A stretch of DNA of 64,000 nucleotides from Bugula neritina. Its lineage: Eukaryota > Animalia > Bryozoa. Below the pieces are notes generated by a model. The model saw nothing but the letters and a program-made list of their open reading frames with translations. It did no database searches and was not told the origin of the DNA. The DNA is taken from positions 1,499,628 to 1,563,627 of the forward strand of contig OZ037771.1 of the NCBI GenBank assembly GCA_964035545.1, written 5' to 3'. The first letter of the stretch is position 1. The number at the start of each line of letters is the position of its first letter. Made by a program: the position numbers and the translations under genes. This document shows positions 60,801 to 64,000 of this stretch, piece by piece.

Positions 60801-62641
60801 TTAACTCTCTGCTCATTAACATAACTCAAGTCAATGTCGTAGAATTCTTTCAAAGTTGGGTTCAAATTACATCATTTCCCACTTAGACTCATAAAGTCAG
60901 CACAATGACATCACAGCAGACGTGTAGAATGTGCGACATCAATCGCATAAGAGCCGAGCCCCCCTTCCCCCCTACTGCTGGTTTAGGGTTTCAGTACATG
61001 CGTCACCAGGGTGTCAATTAGCTGCCAGTCAGGTTATGTTGTTAAGCATTAGAAGTCCTCAACTGCACTCTCAACACTCGCTAATTATTTACATTGGAGT
61101 TCACAGAGAGACACACAGACAGACAGCTTGTGTGCCTTGCATATATTATGCATTAAGTTACATCAGGTTACATGCTAAGTTACTGGTACAGCTGGGCATT
61201 ACTAGATGGTAAACATTGACTTAGAGATTTAGTTACAAGCAGCAGAGTTGGCAAACACATGGACATGTAGTAGTGAAGTTATCTTCCCCTAGCTAAGTGC
61301 TGGATATCCCAATATTCTATTAACCATTCTAATTGGTCAAACAGCAGAGCTGCTTAAACACCATATGGAGTTGTCTAACACTCTTACAGTGGAAAACATC
61401 CTAATGACCAAAGATACACTTCCTGGTGGAAGGATTACTAAAAGTACGAGAAGGAAAAATCTACTTTCAGACAAAACCAAAGCCATAATCTTCAATACTA
61501 CTTGTCAATTTCAAAAATCTACAAGAATCCTGTATAGCCTATGGTCCAAGCAGCTTACCTAAGGGTGCGGTGACTAGCCTCCCTGACTTGATGGCTGTAG
61601 TTTTCCTCCTCATGGCTGGCATTGAAGTCTCTGTCGCCGTTGACGACGGAGAAAGACCTGGTGAGGGCGGAGTCCATGGAGAGACCCCTGTGGTGGTCAC
61701 CTTCGAAGCTGCGTCTGTCAATCTAAATGACAACGCAACTAACAATAGCTTCTTGTTGTAAAAATACACACACAAAACACCAACCAAACACGTATTGCCT
61801 GTCATTGAATAACACTGAATGTAAGAGCTAATTGAAAAGAGTAAATATTTGCACATTATGTTACGAGACTATGTTCTGATTTTAACACCTAGACAGTCAA
61901 GTACTGGAGTATGAAAGCTGAGTCACCTCTACTAGTGTCTAGTACATTCACCTTACAGGAACAATGAGCTTTTTATACTATATAGTGTGAGATATTGTGC
62001 ACAGCTGGCATATTGTATACGTCTGATCATGTAGTATCACACACTAGTCACTATACTAGTACAAGTCCAGCAACTTTCAGTGTACATACAGTGAGGTGTA
62101 CATACAGAACCAAATCACCTAATTTTAGCGGCTTTTAATAAATCTCATAGCCATTGATTGTAGCTTGATTTTTTAAAATCCAATTTATTACAGAGTTCCA
62201 TGCTCAGCTTGCTGTACACAGAGCTATAAATGAGTACGTATGTGTATATATAAAATGCGTAAGACAGATAATATGTCATGCATATAGTTTTGTGTTATAA
62301 CTTTTAAACTTTATTCAATAACTCTGAAGTGATAATCCAAAATATAGATTTACTTCATCTATTTAGATAAAGTAGTGAGTAAACAAGCGTTTCTCGTCTA
62401 TTTTAAATAAAGTTACTAGCCTTTAATAATATAATATTTAAAATATATAAAATATAGAATTATATATAAAGTTATACCCACCCTCCTATCAGACAGGTTA
62501 TGATGCATTCCCATTTCTACAAACTCATTGGACGGAGTAGATGAGGGGATATTCATGTAGTTACCATAGCAGGGTTCTCCAGGCACTGGACCTACAGTAT
62601 AACAACGCCTTAGATACAGCAGCTCTCTATCATACAGCTGT
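37921..62641 (-). CDS. Shroom: Shroom-family actin/Rho-kinase scaffold with C-terminal ASD2 (SD2) domain; 5' end lies beyond the window
   Basis: Minus-strand exons (5'->3'): 62641-62482, 61722-61559, 59558-59398, 59013-58866, 58617-58390, 58038-57843, 56662-56580, 46975-46850, 42862-42349, 41973-40997, 40622-40412, 39878-39695, 39370-39180, 39076-38975, 38807-38637, 38172-37921 (TAG); all phase-compatible. The C-terminus has the ASD2 pattern: RHIRQKSADEILCD..TTDYLPGIF, EEIVLVLKRKLSVLNEDQ..EIEDNGASG, KYKSYIDDVEKITKLLLKLSRRLARAEN, DAKSLKESIDKR..EQFDHFVSIKLKLIMELSDIEDQITHCEEQI. The upstream part is Pro/Ser-rich low-complexity sequence, as in Shroom proteins. The upstream exons (56.5-62.6 kb) rest on phase and splice signals only. 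Confidence 0.85.
40837..40981. repeat. Degenerate gtgtagacatacaa repeat next to Shroom donor 40996
   Basis: Repeated aagtgtagacatacaagtgt variants. Confidence 0.8.
44472..44599 (-). CDS. Candidate alternative first coding exon of Shroom (short isoform)
   Basis: ATG..MAACKRKSGSKSLFEARSRQINRIGSLKQVLQGFNFGSHKLDR, donor CAG|gtatac, phase 2 fits the acceptor at 42862. Confidence 0.45.
47101..47285. repeat. 44-bp minisatellite (about 4 copies)
   Basis: Unit taatatagtatgccaatgctacatgtaatataggccaccaagag. Confidence 0.93.
51070..51182 (-). CDS. Candidate alternative first coding exon of Shroom
   Basis: aaaATG..MKMHPHHRASFRLPTTNKAPEEACESRLGFYNKLMRR, donor ACG|gtaggt, phase 2 fits the acceptor at 46975; a GC-richer island in an AT-rich intron. 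Confidence 0.5.
51707..52252. repeat. Minisatellite of about 33 bp (about 16 copies)
   Basis: Unit caggtgaactagtaggtatatacagagatatgg. Confidence 0.95.
52967..54080. repeat. (GAGTATA)n 7-bp satellite, about 1.1 kb, degenerate at the right end
   Basis: Direct reading; source of the spurious 405-aa Y/T/L/S ORF. Confidence 0.98.
55657..55892. repeat. 15-bp repeat (tattatactacagta)
   Basis: Direct reading. Confidence 0.94.
56376..56579. repeat. Minisatellite of about 28 bp beginning at Shroom donor 56579
   Basis: Unit cgtacttacaccataatataatcta and variants; contains GTAAGT on the minus strand. Confidence 0.9.
56696..57125. repeat. 15-bp (5-bp-based) repeat near Shroom acceptor 56663
   Basis: Unit acagtatagtgtatt/gtagt. 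Confidence 0.94.
58604..58712. repeat. 35-bp triple repeat containing a Shroom splice acceptor
   Basis: taagtgaattacgtctgcaaacatacagcacagag x3, perfect. Confidence 0.96.
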
Positions 62642-62645
62642 CTGG

Positions 62646-63047
62646 GTAGAGTACACCAGAGTGTAGAGTACACCAGAGTGTAGAGTACACCAGAGTGTAG
62701 AGTACAACAGAGTGTAGAGTACACCAGAGTGTAGAGTACAACAGAGTGTAGAGTACACCAGGGTGTAGAGTACACCAGGGTGTAGAGTACACTTGATGGT
62801 AGAGTACACCAGAGTGTAGAGTACACCAGAGTGTAGAGTACACTTGATAGTAGAGTACACCAGGGTGTAGAGTACACCAGAGTGCAGAGTATATACAGAG
62901 TGTAGAGTACACCAGGGTGTAGAGTACACCAGGGTGTAGAGTACACCAGAGTGTAGAGTACACCAGAGTGTAGAGTACACCAGAGTGTAGAGTACACCAG
63001 AGTGTAGAGTATACCAGGGTGTAGAGTACACCAGGGTGTAGAGTACA
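62646..63047. repeat. 17-bp minisatellite abutting Shroom acceptor 62642
   Basis: Unit gtagagtacaccagRgt. Confidence 0.96.
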
Positions 63048-63463
63048 AAGTGGACTAATACCCTAGCAACCTACAGCAACTAAACAGAACAACATCCTTC
63101 TGATAATCACAAATCTATCGGACATTAAACTGCAATAAACACAGCTTTGAAGTGATAATTTCAAGGTTTACATAAGTTTTACACAATGCTTGATTTTATA
63201 TCAATCAGCTTAGCTGATGGTTCAGGAACTTCGGCCAGAGGGAAATGTATGGTAATCTTAGATAACAGTGGAGATCAAAGGCGGTGTTAGTTCAGATCTC
63301 CTGGTAACCTAGGAGGATCACGACTAATGGACTAATGGCCGTACAGTACAGCAGCTTTAAGCTGCAGCATATTGAAACAATCTGACCAGATAATGTACGT
63401 CTGCAGGTGCAGACGTCAAACAGAGTTCAGCAGACCCCACACTGAGTTTGACTCTTCCACACG

Positions 63464-63696
63464 CAACACTTCCACATTCAACACTTCTACACTCAACGCT
63501 TCCGCATTCAACACTTCCGCATTCAACACTTCTACATTCAACACTTCTACATTCAACACTTCTACACTCGACACTTCCACATTCAACACTTCTACACTCA
63601 ACACTTCCACATTCAACACTTCTACACTCAACGCTTCTACATTCAACACTTCTACATTCAACACTTCTACATTTAACACTTCTACATTTAACACTT
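63464..63696. repeat. 15-bp minisatellite (about 15 copies)
   Basis: Unit caacacttctacatt. Confidence 0.96.
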
Positions 63697-63961
63697 GGTT
63701 GAAAAATTACAGGAATTGAAAACAAGCAAAAAATGTAGTAGACAGACTATAACAGTGAATAAGAACATGTGTATGAATTCCTAAGATTTAAAGAGCCACA
63801 GAAAATAAACAACTCTACAACAGGAACAGGAAGTTCTGAAGTTGTCCCTCATGTTACAAAAAATTCACTAATAGTTGGAAACTGTCCGTCCCAGTCATAG
63901 CTTCAGTCACTAAACTGTCAATGTTGACAACTAGTAGAACAGTATAATGTAAGGAACTCAC

Positions 63962-64000
63962 TGATTGGCTCATAGATGTTTTCCATTTCCCGTGCGCTGT
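63962..64000 (-). CDS. Probable further upstream Shroom exon (partial)
   Basis: Strong donor TCA|gtgagt at 63961 and GC-richer sequence. Open as TAHGKWKTSMSQS (phase 0) or SAREMENIYEPI (phase 1). The join to the 62641 exon is unresolved. Confidence 0.45.

Noticed and set aside
62416-63725. Repetitive ORFs (YSTLWCTL, VECRS, NTSTF)
   Set aside because: 17- and 15-bp minisatellites; only 62641-62482 has splice and phase support.

Overview
AT-rich (about 36% GC by eye), intron-dense animal genomic DNA, probably from a lophotrochozoan-type invertebrate; the organism cannot be fixed from the sequence. Three spliced protein-coding genes account for the window. (1) The 3' portion of the giant bridge-like lipid transfer protein BLTP1/KIAA1109/Tweek on + (about 61 phase-consistent exons, 32-33378). 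(2) A complete 5-exon FBXO36 on + (34794-36596). (3) A Shroom-family gene with a C-terminal ASD2/SD2 domain on - (stop at 37921, running off the right edge). No prokaryotic features, CRISPR arrays or transposase ORFs are seen, and most long ORFs in the ORF track are artefacts of tandem repeats. The most unusual signals are: (a) many unrelated intronic minisatellites anchored on exon borders, several of which copy the splice site itself into arrays of identical decoy donors or acceptors where only one copy is productive; (b) a set of candidate alternative ATG-bearing first exons, all ending in phase 2, in the large Shroom introns; (c) several frame-preserving microexon or cassette candidates; (d) an over-represented intronic 8-mer, GGAGTTRY. 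All gene models were assembled by eye and need RNA-seq confirmation.
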